Shown: in pieces, positions 32,131-43,504 of the stretch
How positions within the stretch are numbered: the first letter of the stretch is position 1
Layout of the letters: every line of letters starts with the position of its first letter
NCBI GenBank assembly: GCA_041390205.1
Contig: JAWKQJ010000026.1
Coordinates: 6,249 to 70,248 of the forward strand
Direction: 5' to 3'
Origin: Gemmatimonadales bacterium
Lineage (GTDB): Bacteria; Gemmatimonadota; Gemmatimonadetes; Gemmatimonadales; GWC2-71-9
Length of the DNA: 64,000 bases
Notes under the pieces: model-generated
Databases searched by the model: none
What the model saw: the letters and a program-made list of their open reading frames with translations, nothing else
What the model was told of the DNA's origin: nothing
Made by a program: the position numbers and the translations under genes

Positions 32131-33984
32131 ATGTTCGCGTACCCACCGGTCCGTCACCAGATCATTCCAGTCGTGCTCCGTCGTGTTTGGTGCGCGATCG
32201 GTCTCGTCGTGGTCTCCGCCAACCGCGCTGAGGGGCAAGCGATTCGGGTCCGAGCCGTGGAGGCCGAGACGGATCGGCCGGTCGCCGGCGCAATCGTGTC
32301 GGCGCTCGACAGCACCGGGCGCCCATGGGCCCGCGGACTGACCGACGAGCGCGGTCGCCTGGTCCTCCATCCCCCGAACCCCGGCGTCTATCGACTCCGA
32401 GCGGATCGCCTCGGGCACGAAGGCACGACTACCGAGCCCTTCGCGCTCACCGACACGATCTCGCTCACCGTCGTCATGCCGCTCGGTCGAGTGCGACTGT
32501 CCGAGGTCGTGGCGACGGCGGAGACGAGCTGCCACCAGGGCGGGCGGCCGGTTGGAGACCTCGACCTGGCCAGGGTCTGGTCCGAAGCTCGCAAAGGGCT
32601 GCTCTCGAGTGAGATCACGGCCGAGGACAAGGAGCTGCGCCTCGTGGTGCGGAAGTTCCGCCGACGGCGAACGCTGGGCGGCGCGCTCCGATCCGACAGC
32701 ACCCTGGCGACCTACCTGACCGCGCCACCCGCGTTCGTGAGCGAAGACCCCGGAAGCCTCCTCGCCCTGGGCTTCATCCAGGCGGAGGACGGCCGATATC
32801 GATTCCTGGCTCCCGACGCGGCCGCTCTCCTCTCGGAGGAGTTCCTCCTGGTCCACTGTCTCTCCGCCGTCTCGGCCGGAGCGGAACGCCCCGGCCTGGT
32901 CGGCGTCGCGTTCGAGCCCGACGGGGAACGCCGGGTGCCGGACGTCCGAGGCGTGGTCTGGCTGGACCGCGACTCCGCCTGGGTGAGGGAGATCGATTTC
33001 GCCTATCAGGGCGCGCCGGGCGCCGTGCGGTTTCCGGGAATCGGGGGACGGCTCTCGTTCCTGCGACTGAGGGGTGGCCGCGTGGTCGTCGGCGACTGGC
33101 ACGTCCGGCTCCCGGACCGCGTGCGAGTCGCCGGGCTGGACGGCGCGACTCGCGACACCATCGTCGGCTACCTCGAAGAAGGCGGCACCGCGCGCCTCGC
33201 CGGTAACGCCGCGCTCCACCTCGAAGGGTACGCTCCGCGAGTCGTCGCCACGACGACCGAGCTGCTCGACCTCCGCCTCCGGGTGCTCACACCCGACTCG
33301 CTCCCGATCCGCGGCGCGCGACTCGCGCTCGGCGGCATCGACACCGCGCTCGTGACCGATGGCGAAGGCAGAGTGATGGTCACGACCGCGCTCCGCGGCG
33401 TGCTCCGCTTTCGGGCGACGGCCGTCGGCTTTCAGCCCGTCGTGGCGGCCATCGACCTGTCTCACCGCGCTCGCGAGCTGGACACGGTGCTGGTTCTCGC
33501 GCCCTATGCGCAACGTCTCGCCCCGCTCGAGGTGACGGGCGCGGCTCCCCGCTCGCCGGGCAAGCTGCTCGACTTCGAGCGGCGGCGGCGGTTGGGCATC
33601 GGCAGCTTCCTCGATCGGGCCGCGCTCGCGGCCTGGGAGCCGCTGCCCTTGAGCACCGCCATGAGAACGATCCGCGGGGTCACGCTCGTTCCGCGGGCGG
33701 CGCGATGCGGCGGCGGCTTCGCGGCCGGAAGCTGGCGGTCGTCCCGTGGTGGGGCCTGCACAGCCATGCCGGCCTGCTTTTTCTCTGTGTACGTCGACGG
33801 CGTCCGGCGGTTCGATCCCGCCGACGGCGGCGCCCCGCCGAACGTCGACGAGTTCCTGACCGAGCGGGTGGAGGCGATCGAGGTCTACCGCGGGCCGGGT
33901 GAAACGCCCGCCGAGTACGGTGGCACCGGCGACGCGTGCGGCGCGCTGGTCATCTGGACTCGAATTACCGGGTCACCGCCCTGA
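32131..33984 (+). CDS. Secreted protein with tandem carboxypeptidase-regulatory-like domains and a C-terminal TonB plug-like domain (no barrel)
   Basis: PVAGAIV...TDERG..., G.F; C-terminal YVDG...EAIEVYRG...P.EY...CGALVIWT; start uncertain. Confidence 0.75.
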   Translation: MFAYPPVRHQIIPVVLRRVWCAIGLVVVSANRAEGQAIRVRAVEAETDRPVAGAIVSALDSTGRPWARGLTDERGRLVLHPPNPGVYRLRADRLGHEGTTTEPFALTDTISLTVVMPLGRVRLSEVVATAETSCHQGGRPVGDLDLARVWSEARKGLLSSEITAEDKELRLVVRKFRRRRTLGGALRSDSTLATYLTAPPAFVSEDPGSLLALGFIQAEDGRYRFLAPDAAALLSEEFLLVHCLSAVSAGAERPGLVGVAFEPDGERRVPDVRGVVWLDRDSAWVREIDFAYQGAPGAVRFPGIGGRLSFLRLRGGRVVVGDWHVRLPDRVRVAGLDGATRDTIVGYLEEGGTARLAGNAALHLEGYAPRVVATTTELLDLRLRVLTPDSLPIRGARLALGGIDTALVTDGEGRVMVTTALRGVLRFRATAVGFQPVVAAIDLSHRARELDTVLVLAPYAQRLAPLEVTGAAPRSPGKLLDFERRRRLGIGSFLDRAALAAWEPLPLSTAMRTIRGVTLVPRAARCGGGFAAGSWRSSRGGACTAMPACFFSVYVDGVRRFDPADGGAPPNVDEFLTERVEAIEVYRGPGETPAEYGGTGDACGALVIWTRITGSPP

Positions 33985-34059
33985 GGCTCCGATCGGGTCC
34001 TCAGCGGTCATGGAGGTCGCTCCTCGTCGAGCCGGTCGGGGCGGCCTACGAGGAGGACG

Positions 34060-34290
34060 TCACGGACGCGTGGCTGGATCGGCGGTGAGGGTTAGGAGCC
34101 GCTCGTGGGCCCGAGCGTCGCCCTCGAGCGTGTAGGCGAGGAAATCCACGATCAGCCGCAGGGTCTCCGCGTACTCCGCCGCGGCCCGGTCGGGGTCGTG
34201 CTCGATCCCGAACCTGGAGTAGTCGACGAAGCGCGAGCGCTCGAGATCCATCGGCACGAAGTCCGGATGCTCCATGGCCATCAGGTCCAT
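34060..34290 (-). CDS. Small hypothetical protein or gene fragment
   Basis: 76-aa ORF with protein-like composition and host-like codon use, directly after the amidohydrolase. Confidence 0.4.
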   Translation of the reverse strand: MDLMAMEHPDFVPMDLERSRFVDYSRFGIEHDPDRAAAEYAETLRLIVDFLAYTLEGDARAHERLLTLTADPATRP

Positions 34291-34302
34291 CGCGTAGCCA
34301 CG

Positions 34303-35757
34303 CTAGTAGCGCCCCACCTTCCCCTTGACCGCCGCGATCAGCTTGGCCGAGTCGTATCCGATGCCCTGCTTGAAGACGTAGACCGGATTCTCCATGTCGA
34401 CAATCCGCTCGGCCGGGTTGCCGCGGACTACGACGAGGTCCGCCTGCTTGCCCACCTCGAGCGTCCCGATCCGCTCCTCCATGCCGAGGATGCGGGCGCC
34501 GTTTCGGCTCGCGATCGTGATCGCCTCGATCGGCGTAAAGCCGGCCTCCACCAAGAGCTCCAGCTCCCGGATGTTGCCATAACCCGCGATCGTCCCGCCG
34601 TAGCCGGTAGGATCGGTGCCCGCACCGAGCAGCCCGCCAGCCCTCACGAATTCGCGCTCCCAGCGGAGCGCGTTGGCGAAGGCCGCGGCGAATGTGGAAG
34701 TCTCGTCGCTCGCGATCCGGCGCTGGATGGTGAGGTAGTCCTCGCGCAGCTCGGGGCTCAGCGCCTCGAGCGCGCCCGGCTGCACGATCCGCCCCGGCAC
34801 CATCGTCTCCCAGATCGGGAGTGTGGAGGTCATCGGGATCTTCCGCTCGACCAGGTTCCGCATCGCGCGGCGGACCGCCGGGCTATCGAGATCGAGCGTG
34901 GCGGCCGCCTGGTAGATCAGGCCTTCGCCCGGACAGCGGTCGGGCTCCTTGTCGGGAAGAAACTCGGTGTTGGTGAGCAAGCCGTGCTCGAGCTCGTCGA
35001 TGCCGAGCGCCGCGGCCTCGCTGTGCGTCACGGAACAGAGATGCGCCGTCACCTTCCGGCCGAGGCGGTGGGCCTCGTCGATCACGGCCTCGAGATCAGC
35101 CCGGGTGACGAAGGTGTAGGCCTTGAACCAGCTCATGCCCTCGTCCGCCCAATAGCGAACCACCCGGCGCGCGGCCTCGGGGCTGTCGATGTGCTTGAAG
35201 TAGGGGATCGGATACCCGGGCCGATCGATGAAGGGCCCGGTGAGCACGATGTGTGGGCCGGCCTGCAGCCCCGAGTCGATGTCGTGCTTGACGGAGATGT
35301 CGGAATAGGGCGACGTGGTGCCCGCGGTGCGGATGGTGGTGGCGCCGAAGGCGAGATAGAGCTTCGGGAAGGTCGAGTTCTGCGCCACGTAGCTGAGGAG
35401 GCCGGGCTGCATCCGACCCACCGGATAGAAGAGGTGCTCGTGCAGCATCACGAGCCCGGGGGTGACCGTGTGGCCGGCGAGGTCGAGGACCCTGGCCCCC
35501 GCGGGGATGTTGGCGCCGGCGCCGATCGCCGAGATCCGCCCATCGGTGAGCACCACCGTCTGGCGCTCCCGTGCTGGCGCGCCGGTGCCGTCGATCACCC
35601 GCACGTTGGTGAGCGCCACCACCGGCGCGTCGACGGCCACGAAGCGCCGGGCGTCCGGTCCCATCGAGGCGCTCTGCTGCGCCGTGAGGGGCGAGGCGAG
35701 CAGGCAGAGGCACGCCGCGACGAGCGCGAATGCGACGGGTCGACGAGCTGAGTTCAT
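34303..35757 (-). CDS. Secreted amidohydrolase-family protein
   Basis: PGLVMLHEH, AH, EHG, GTD, G.LEVGK.ADLV. Confidence 0.9.
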   Translation of the reverse strand: MNSARRPVAFALVAACLCLLASPLTAQQSASMGPDARRFVAVDAPVVALTNVRVIDGTGAPARERQTVVLTDGRISAIGAGANIPAGARVLDLAGHTVTPGLVMLHEHLFYPVGRMQPGLLSYVAQNSTFPKLYLAFGATTIRTAGTTSPYSDISVKHDIDSGLQAGPHIVLTGPFIDRPGYPIPYFKHIDSPEAARRVVRYWADEGMSWFKAYTFVTRADLEAVIDEAHRLGRKVTAHLCSVTHSEAAALGIDELEHGLLTNTEFLPDKEPDRCPGEGLIYQAAATLDLDSPAVRRAMRNLVERKIPMTSTLPIWETMVPGRIVQPGALEALSPELREDYLTIQRRIASDETSTFAAAFANALRWEREFVRAGGLLGAGTDPTGYGGTIAGYGNIRELELLVEAGFTPIEAITIASRNGARILGMEERIGTLEVGKQADLVVVRGNPAERIVDMENPVYVFKQGIGYDSAKLIAAVKGKVGRY

Positions 35758-35850
35758 CAGGAGTCTCCTCGGCGGACGGTTGGCGCGGTGGTCCTTCGGG
35801 TAGTCCGGCCGCGACCCGCCGGCTTACAGACACCGGGCGAGGTGGCGAGC

Positions 35851-35893
35851 GAAAGACGAAGCCCCGCCCGACCGGCTCGGTCGGGTCGGGGCT
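35851..35893 (-). terminator. Intrinsic terminator downstream of tRNA-Ile
   Basis: AGCCCCG(A)CCCGACC stem-loop at 35860-35893 followed on the minus strand by TCGTCTTTC. Confidence 0.75.
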
Positions 35894-35906
35894 CAGACAT
35901 GTCCTA

Positions 35907-35980
<74 letters not shown>

Positions 35981-36014
35981 TCTGTCTCATCCCGCCAAGC
36001 TCAAGCGGGACAGT

Positions 36015-36043
36015 AGGATAGCTTGTCCGGCTCCGGCGATCAA
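36015..36043 (-). promoter_or_regulatory. Sigma70 promoter for tRNA-Ile (TTGATC-17bp-TATCCT)
   Basis: Minus-strand hexamers with 17-bp spacing about 35 bp upstream of the tRNA. Confidence 0.55.
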
Positions 36044-36161
36044 CCTCCCGCTGTCAAGCGCTCGCCTCCCCCTCCGGCGCGCCGCTGGCCCGCTCGGGCC
36101 GGGCCGATCGCCGGCCCCCGGTCTCCTTGCTGGCTCTCCCGCCGACTCGTATCGTCCGCCC

Positions 36162-37586
36162 ATGCCGAAATCTCCCGAGCGTCCGACGCGGCAGGCACGA
36201 CTCCGAGTGCCTTCCATCCTGTCCCCTTCGCTCCTCGCCGCCGCCGGCTGCGGCGGCGACCGTTCCACGGCTTGCCCGGAGCCGAACGGCCACTGGGCTT
36301 CCGAGGGCTACGGCATGGTCCTGTCCGTCCAGGACTCGACCTTCTCGGCCTACGAGGTCACTCAGGCGGCCTGCCTGCCGGTGCCGACCACCTCGCCCGG
36401 CTCGCCGACGAAGACGGACACCGGACCTACGGAGAGGCCGGTGGCGAGCCGGCCTTGCTGCTGCTCCCGACAGCCTCCGGGGACGGGCTCCAGATCCATC
36501 GACCGGGCACCGCCTCCGACATCGTGATCCGCCGGATCGACTCCTGCCGGCGCGCTGCGCGGTTCGCCGCCCTCGACGCCGACGGCGGTGCTCGACCACT
36601 TCATCCGACCGGAGAGCAGTACATCCTCCTTTCTCGACGAGAAGCCGGTCGACTGGGCCGGGCTGACCAGGGCGGCCCGAGCGAAGATCACCGACCAATC
36701 GACGGACCCGGAGCTGTTCGAGACGCTCCGCGACCTGGTCCCGTCTTCGGCGACGCCCACAACAGCCTCGCGGCCGGCAGATCGGTCGGGTGAGCGGCTT
36801 TCGCCCCGGCGCCGACGCCGCCATCCCCGGTGGGATCGGCAGGCGGACCCGCGGCCGCGACTGGTTCGTCGGCGCGAGGTGCTGCCCGACTCTTCTCCGT
36901 GGCCGACCGGATGGCGGGCTGCTCGGCGCTGGCAACGACCAGCTCCAGGCCGGCACCATCGCCGGGACGGTGCGGCCATCTCCGGATCCTCTTCCTGGGG
37001 CTACGCCGACGGGGGCTATCGTGGTGAGCGGCGCTGTCTCGACGACGCGCTCGACCAGGTCTTCGCCGACACCAGCGGAGGCGGGGACTGGTGATCGACG
37101 TCCGTCAATCTCTGGGGCTGACCCGTCGCGTTAGGCATCGCCGAGCGGCTCGCCACGGCGGAGTACGTGGCGTACTCGAAGCAGGCGGGCGACCCGGTCG
37201 ATCGGACCCCGGTGGACCTCTCGGCCAGGCGAGCCTGGTCCGACCCAGCGAGCGGCCCGCTACCACGGACCGGTGGTGGAGCTGACCGGCCTGATCACGA
37301 TCAGCGCGGCGAGACCTTCACGCAGGCGCTGATGGGCCGCACGCCGGCGATCGCCCGGGTGGGTGAGCACACCCAGGGGGTCTTCTCCGACGTGCTGAGC
37401 CGACGGCTCCCGAACGGCTGGCAGTTCTGGCTGCCCAACGAAGTGTTCCGAACGGCGGAGGGGACCACCTTCGACGGTCCGGGCATTCCGCCGACGGATC
37501 CGGCGCCGGTCTTCGCCGCGGCCGACCGCAGGGCCGGACGGGACCCCGCGCTGGCCAGGGCTCTCGAGCTGCTCGCGGGCCAATAG
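36162..37586 (+). pseudogene. S41 family peptidase (lipoprotein), heavily frameshifted
   Basis: W.SEGYG N-terminus, IDVR, GETF, GEHTQGVFSDVL.R.LPNGW, FDGPGIPP motifs in different frames. Confidence 0.7.
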
Positions 37587-37617
37587 GCAAGGCGGGCCGC
37601 GGCCGGGGCGTGGCGGT

Positions 37618-38703
37618 CTAGCGGCGGCTGCCCGGAGGCGGCGGGCCGGTGTTGATCTCGATCCTCGTCACCTCGGTCACGAACTCGAACCCCTTGCCGC
37701 CGGTCAGCATCTCCATCTGGGCCTTGGCGCGCGCCATCTGGCGGTCGACCATGCCCCTGGCGGCGGCGGGGATCTTGTCCCGCTGCGCCTCGAATTCGGC
37801 CATCTGCTTCTGCATCTCCTCCAGCTTCTTCTTGTCCTTGGGGTCCATCTCGCCCATCAGACCCGACATCCGCATCACCTGGCGGAACGACTCATAGAGG
37901 GGGCCGACCTTACGATAGTCCTGGAAGTGCTGCTCGAAGGTCACTTCGCGCCGCTGCCCCTCGGCCTCCACCACTCCCGCCATCGTGGTCCGCAGGTTGA
38001 CGTACTCCTTGGTGTCGACCCAGAGATCGACCGATCGAATCGTGAGGCGGTGCTTCTCCCCGGGCTCGCTCACCACTCGGCCGAGGCCCTCCGCTCTCAG
38101 ATGGAAGGCCTCGCGCTCGTCGACTCGCTCGACCCCGACCAGCTTGAGCTTCCTGCCCATCTCCGCCATCGCGGCCAGGCTCGCGGCGGCGTTCGCGCGC
38201 CCGAAGTCGCCGGCCTCCGCCTCGCGAACCGCCTCGGCGCCGGCATCCATGAAGACGGCGTTGTCCCGCATCATCTGGCCGGGGTAGTCCATGCCCGGGA
38301 GCTTCGGCATGCCCGAGCGCGCCATTTCGGCGTCGAACGCGTCGGCCGTCATCCGCTGCGCTTCGGCGCCACGCTGGAAGAACTCCGGGGTGACGTACTC
38401 GCCCTGCTCGCCCGCCTGCGCCACCGCGACCTGGTACTCGTTGCCCGGCACCAGACCGAAGGCCGGCTGGCCCTCGATCTCGTGCTTCTGGAAGTGCATC
38501 GGGATCTCGAGCTCGCGCCCCTCGCCCATCCCGGGCAGCTCGACCGCGGTCGGCTTCTGGAAGACGGTGTAGTTGTCGACCGTGTCCCAGCGCGCGAGCT
38601 GGCGGGCGCGCATGGTCTCGAGGATCTCGCTGGCGCTCGGCTGCTCACCCGCCTGACCCAGGGCGAGGGTCCCGAGCAGGATCGCGGTCACGCGGTACAG
38701 CAT
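37618..38703 (-). CDS. Secreted hypothetical protein (LolA-like beta region, coiled-coil C-terminus)
   Basis: Signal peptide, LWVD..Y and F.DYRKV motifs, Met-rich helices; GGAGG RBS. Confidence 0.75.
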   Translation of the reverse strand: MLYRVTAILLGTLALGQAGEQPSASEILETMRARQLARWDTVDNYTVFQKPTAVELPGMGEGRELEIPMHFQKHEIEGQPAFGLVPGNEYQVAVAQAGEQGEYVTPEFFQRGAEAQRMTADAFDAEMARSGMPKLPGMDYPGQMMRDNAVFMDAGAEAVREAEAGDFGRANAAASLAAMAEMGRKLKLVGVERVDEREAFHLRAEGLGRVVSEPGEKHRLTIRSVDLWVDTKEYVNLRTTMAGVVEAEGQRREVTFEQHFQDYRKVGPLYESFRQVMRMSGLMGEMDPKDKKKLEEMQKQMAEFEAQRDKIPAAARGMVDRQMARAKAQMEMLTGGKGFEFVTEVTRIEINTGPPPPGSRR

Positions 38704-39113
38704 GGTCGGCCTCCCCGTGGATCAGCTGGACCCCCTCGAACGCGTCAGGCGGGTCGTGTCTGACCCTTGAACGCCTTCGGGCGCGAGAATCCGCCATTTG
38801 GCGGGTCCCGGACCGGAGTTCCGTTCAGGATTATGACCGCGGCAGCAACGATCGACCGGGACTTGGATTCCGGAGACGGCATGCAGGTACCTCGGCGAGC
38901 CGATTCCCGATGCTCCCCGCTCCCGCGCCAGGCTGGCCAGGCCCGGCGCCGGCCAGGCCGTCTCGGGGCACGCGCTCCCGGGCGACTGGGTCCGGATCGA
39001 CGGCAACGACCGGACGACCAGGAGCGTGACGGGAACCACTGCCCGGCCACGATGAAGCGCACCAGCGTCGACGCCACGGTGCGCTATCGCACCGCCAACA
39101 GGAGCCCAGTGTG

Positions 39114-40432
39114 ATGAGAATCAGACCGTTCGTCCTCTCGATCCTGGTCATGGCCGGGGTTGCCCTGGCGCTGCCCACGTCACTCGACGCCCAGCTGAAG
39201 CGGCTCCGCGACGTTGCCCGCCGGGCAGCCGAGAGCGAAGCCGAGTCGATGGTCGACCGGCTGATCCGGAACGCGATCCGCTGCGCCGTCGACGATCCGG
39301 GCTGCGCCGACCAGGCCACGGCCGACGGCAAAGACGTGATCTTCGTCGACGACGACGGCGAGATCATCATGGACGACGAGGGGGCGCCGATCACCGACCG
39401 GGAGAAGGCCAAGGCGGCGGCCGGCTCGGGGGCCCGGCCCGGCGAGGGCCTCTGGGCCAACTACGATTTCGTGCCCGGGGACCAGATCCTCTTCTACGAC
39501 GACTATCAGAACGACCGGGTCGGCAATTTCCCCCGGCGGTTCGAGTTCATCGAGGGCAACTGGGAGATCGTCTCGTCCGGCGACGCGCGGTTCCTCCGGG
39601 CAACCTCGGCGGGGATCATCAAGATCCCGCTGCCCGATACGCTCCCCGAACGCTTCACCGTGGAGTTCATGGTCAACACCACCCATGGCAACTCCTACAT
39701 CCACCTCACCACCGGTCCGGCGTTTCACGGGCCCGATCGATCCTACAAGGGCTCGACCGTCGTGGTGCGCTCCACGACGGCCGGGATCGAGCAGGTGGGT
39801 GACGTGGGTCCCAAGGCGATGACGCTCTACCAGGAAGACGTGCTCCGCAAGTTCCGTAACGAGCGCACGGCCATGCCGATCCGCGTGATGGCCGATGGCG
39901 ACTACATGAAGGTGTATCTCCAGGAGCACCGGGTCGCGAACGTGCCGAACGCCGTGTTCCCGCGGACGGACGCGCTCTACATCGCCGCCTCGTCGGTGAC
40001 GCCCGAGGATCCCGGCCTGATCGGACCGATCCGGATCGCGGCCGGCGGGAGCGTTCTCTACGACCGCCTCGCGGCCGACGGGCGGGTGGCGACCCAGGGC
40101 ATCCTCTTCGCCGTCGACAGCGACCGGCTCCGACCCGAGTCGACCCCGACGTTGGAGGAGATCGGCCGGATGCTCAAGGACCACCCGAGCTCGGCTCGCG
40201 ATCGGGGAGCCACACCGACGCCGACGGCGACGACGCCACAACCTCGATCTCTCGAAGCGCCGGGCCGCGGCGGTCGGAAGTTCATCGTCGCGGTACAAGA
40301 GATGAGCGAGTCTCGTCTGGAACGGCGGGCTTCCCGGCGAGTCGCGGCCCGCCGCGGACAACGGCACCGGAGGGGAAGAGCAGCAGGAGTCGGCGAGTCG
40401 AGCTGGTCGGCTGCCTCGCGTCGGATCAGTAG
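39114..40432 (+). CDS. OmpA-family peptidoglycan-binding protein; C-terminus frameshifted
   Basis: YDFVPG..I.FYDD, G.FP..., GILFAVDS..LRPES, then frameshifted HTD / RRVELV remnants. Confidence 0.8.
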
Positions 40433-40630
40433 CCAGCGCCGCGCTGACCACGCGGGCGGAGCTCGCGACCGGTAACTTCCGGTTGGGAAGGGCGCAGGTC
40501 GGGGCCCGGGTCCTCACGGGCATTCTCTGCTGCGGCTCCCGCCGACCCATTATCGTCACGCCATCTCTTCACGAGCGCCTGCTGGAAGGCCAGCGCCGCC
40601 GGCAGGCGCTCTCGACCTGCTCGAAGGCAG

Positions 40631-41722
40631 ATGAGACGCGTGGTGCGGCCGCCTGGCTCGCCCTCGGCCTCGCCCTGTTTCCGGCGCGCTCGTCGCTGCC
40701 AGCCATCGGCCGAGCAGCCCTCCTGCCCGGGCGCCGATCCCAACGACCGGAGGCCTACTACGCGCTCGAGCTCGAGGCGGCTCCAATCGCGGATGGCCAC
40801 GCGATTGCGCCACCGCCTGGGCGACCCGCCGCCAGCGCCCCGATCGGGGCGAGCCCACCTGTTCGCCCGCTGGTTCACGGTCGCGACGACCGGTTCCTGA
40901 GCTATCCTCGACGACGACAGGCGGTGTGTGGATCCGGCGGTCCGCGCCGATAACTCGGGTATCGCGCCTTCCTGCTCAACCCCTACGTGCATCAAGGCGC
41001 CTTCCCGCTGATCTACAACGAGTTCAACGGGCGCTTCCGGCAGGGACCGGCGCTCACCGGCTGGCTCGCCCTGGCCGCGGCGGACCTCCCGACCGCGAGC
41101 GCCGCCTTCGCCCGGGCGATCCGCGAGGGGCCTCGCGACAACGCCTGGCTCCGTCAGGTCCGGGCCAGCATCTTCGTGCTGCAGCGGCAATACGACAGCG
41201 CGGCGGCCGAGACCCAGGCGGTGCTCGCCACGCTCCGCGAAGAGGACCGCGACCGGACCGACTATCGCTCGAAGGAGCTGCTCGAGTATGGGCTCGGCCT
41301 CCTGGCGATCGCCCGGAATCGGCCGGGTGAGGCCGAGGCCGCCCTGGGACGCGCGCTCGGCGAGAACCTCGCCTTCTGGCCCGCCCGCCGGTCGATCGCC
41401 ATGCTCTGGGTCGACCGCGACCCCGCGCGCGCCGTCACCGAGCTGGAGCACGCCGCCGAGCTGGCGCCCGACGAGGTCGTGATCCACCAGGAGCTCGGCG
41501 CCGCTGCCGCAACCGGGCGGAGACAGGAAGGCGCGCGGCCGCGTACCGCCGGGCGATCGAGCTCGATCCCGATTGCGCCGATCCGTACTACGGGTTGTCC
41601 TGATGCTCGAAGGGCTGGGCGACCAAGCGGCGCCATCGTCGCGCTCGAGGGCCACATCGCGCGCCGGCGGCGCTCGCCGTTCCGCCCGCGCGAGAGCCGT
41701 CTCACTGCCGCAAGGGTCCTGA
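40631..41722 (+). pseudogene. Tetratricopeptide-repeat protein, frameshifted; boundaries approximate
   Basis: TPR-like helices (A...F.RA...P, RAL.ENLAFW.A) in the 40987 ORF; signal-like start near 40631. Confidence 0.55.
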
Positions 41723-41742
41723 CCGAACCGGAGCGCCGTCAC

Positions 41743-43501
41743 ATGAAAGCTCGGATCGTCTGACGCGCTCGTGGCATGTCTGGCTGCTCGGGCAGCCGTA
41801 ACCTCGGCCGACCACTCCAGACCACGCTGGATCGACCTGCTCGCCGCCACGCACGAAGCGAGCATCCGCGCCAACGTGGCCGCTAACTCAAGCGTGCGGC
41901 CGCCCGGTCAGCGCGTCTGCCGAGGGCGTCTCGCTGGCCGGAGTCGAGGCCCGCGCCGCCGGGCCAGCGCCTTTGCTCTTCAGCTGCCCTCTCCACGATC
42001 GAGCGCGAGCTGCTCACCGGACGACCACCGGCGCCGAGGTGCTGGGTGGCTCCTCACCGAGGCCGTGCAGGCGCCGAGCACCACTGGATCTCGCTCGCGA
42101 CGTCGATCACCTTGCCGAGCCCCGCTCACCGGCCAGCTGCTCTTCCTGGGCCGCGACATGCCCGCTCGACACCCCGGAAGCGCCTTGGTCCCCGCTATCT
42201 CGCCCGCCTGGCCGACGGCGGCCGCTCGCCGACAGCATCCTGGTCGGTCTGGCGCAGCGGGCCGAGCGCGGCATCCAGGTGCCCAAGCCCGAGATCGATC
42301 AGATCGTGGGGCCTGGGCACGCTCCGGCGCCCGGGGCTCGCGGACGTCCCTACGCGCGCCGGTAACCGTCATGCACCCTGCCCGATTCCCAGCCGGCCGG
42401 CGTTCGAGGCGCGGTGGCACAGGCGGTGAACGAATCGACCCGGCGCTGGGCCGGCTGATCGGGATTCCTCGGCGGCGCGTATCGCGGCGTCGCGCCGGAG
42501 GGCATCAGGCTGAGCCAGTACGAGGCGGAGAGGCGTACTACCGCTACCTGGTGGCCCGCAACGACGCTCGACCTGACGCCGGAGTCGATCCACATCGAAC
42601 CGGCCTCGACTATCTCGCGAAGCTGGAAGCCGAGATGGACAGCCTGCTCCGGGTGATCGGCTTCCAGGGCACCCGGAAGGAGTTCCAGGCCGCGATGAGC
42701 CGCGATCCGCGATTCCGGGCCAGGACCGCCGAGGAGGTCGGCGCGAGGTACCAGCGCTACTACGACGCGATTCGCCCCAGGATCTCGGAGCTCTTCTCCC
42801 GCACGCCCAAGGCGCCGGCCGAGTTCCGGCGGCTCAACCCGGCGCTCGAGGCGTCGCAGACCTACGGGTTCTATCAGCCGCCGAGCCCCGCGTCGCCCGT
42901 CGGGATCTACTTCTACAACGCGTCCAACCTGGCGGAGCGGAGCCTCTTCATGGTGGCGCCGATCGCCTACCACGAGCTGGTGCCCGGGCACCACTTCCAG
43001 TTCGCGCTGGGCCAGGAGAACGAAGGGCTGCCGCCGCTCCGCCGGGAGTTCTACACCACGGCCAACGGAGAGGGCTGGGCCGAGTACGCGTCGGAGCTTC
43101 CCAACGAGCTCGGCCTCTACGCCGACCCGTACGACCGCTATGGTCGCCTGATCAGCGAGGCGTTCCTGACCGTGCGCCTGATCGTCGACCCCGGCATGAA
43201 CCTGCTCGGTTGGTCACGCGAGCGGGCAATGGAGTTCATGCGGGAGCACGCGATGATGGCGGAGTCGGAGATCGCCTCCGAGACGCTCCGCTACTCGGTG
43301 GACATGCCCGCGCAGGCGCTCGGCTACAAGGTGGGCGCGATGGAGTTCTGGCGGCTCCGCCACCTGGCCGAGCGCGAGCTGGGCGACCGGTTCGACGTGC
43401 GGGCCTTTCACGAGGTGATCCTGCGCGAGGGCGGCCTGCCGATGACGGTGGTGGGCCGGCTGGTCGAGCGCTGGATCGCGGACGTCAAGGCGGGCGGCTG
43501 A
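41743..43501 (+). CDS. DUF885 family protein (putative metallopeptidase); 5' half frameshifted
   Basis: YHELVPGHHFQ, EGWAEYA, RLIVD.G, RY...PAQALGYK.G, FD.RAFH. Confidence 0.85.
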
Positions 43502-43504
43502 GCG

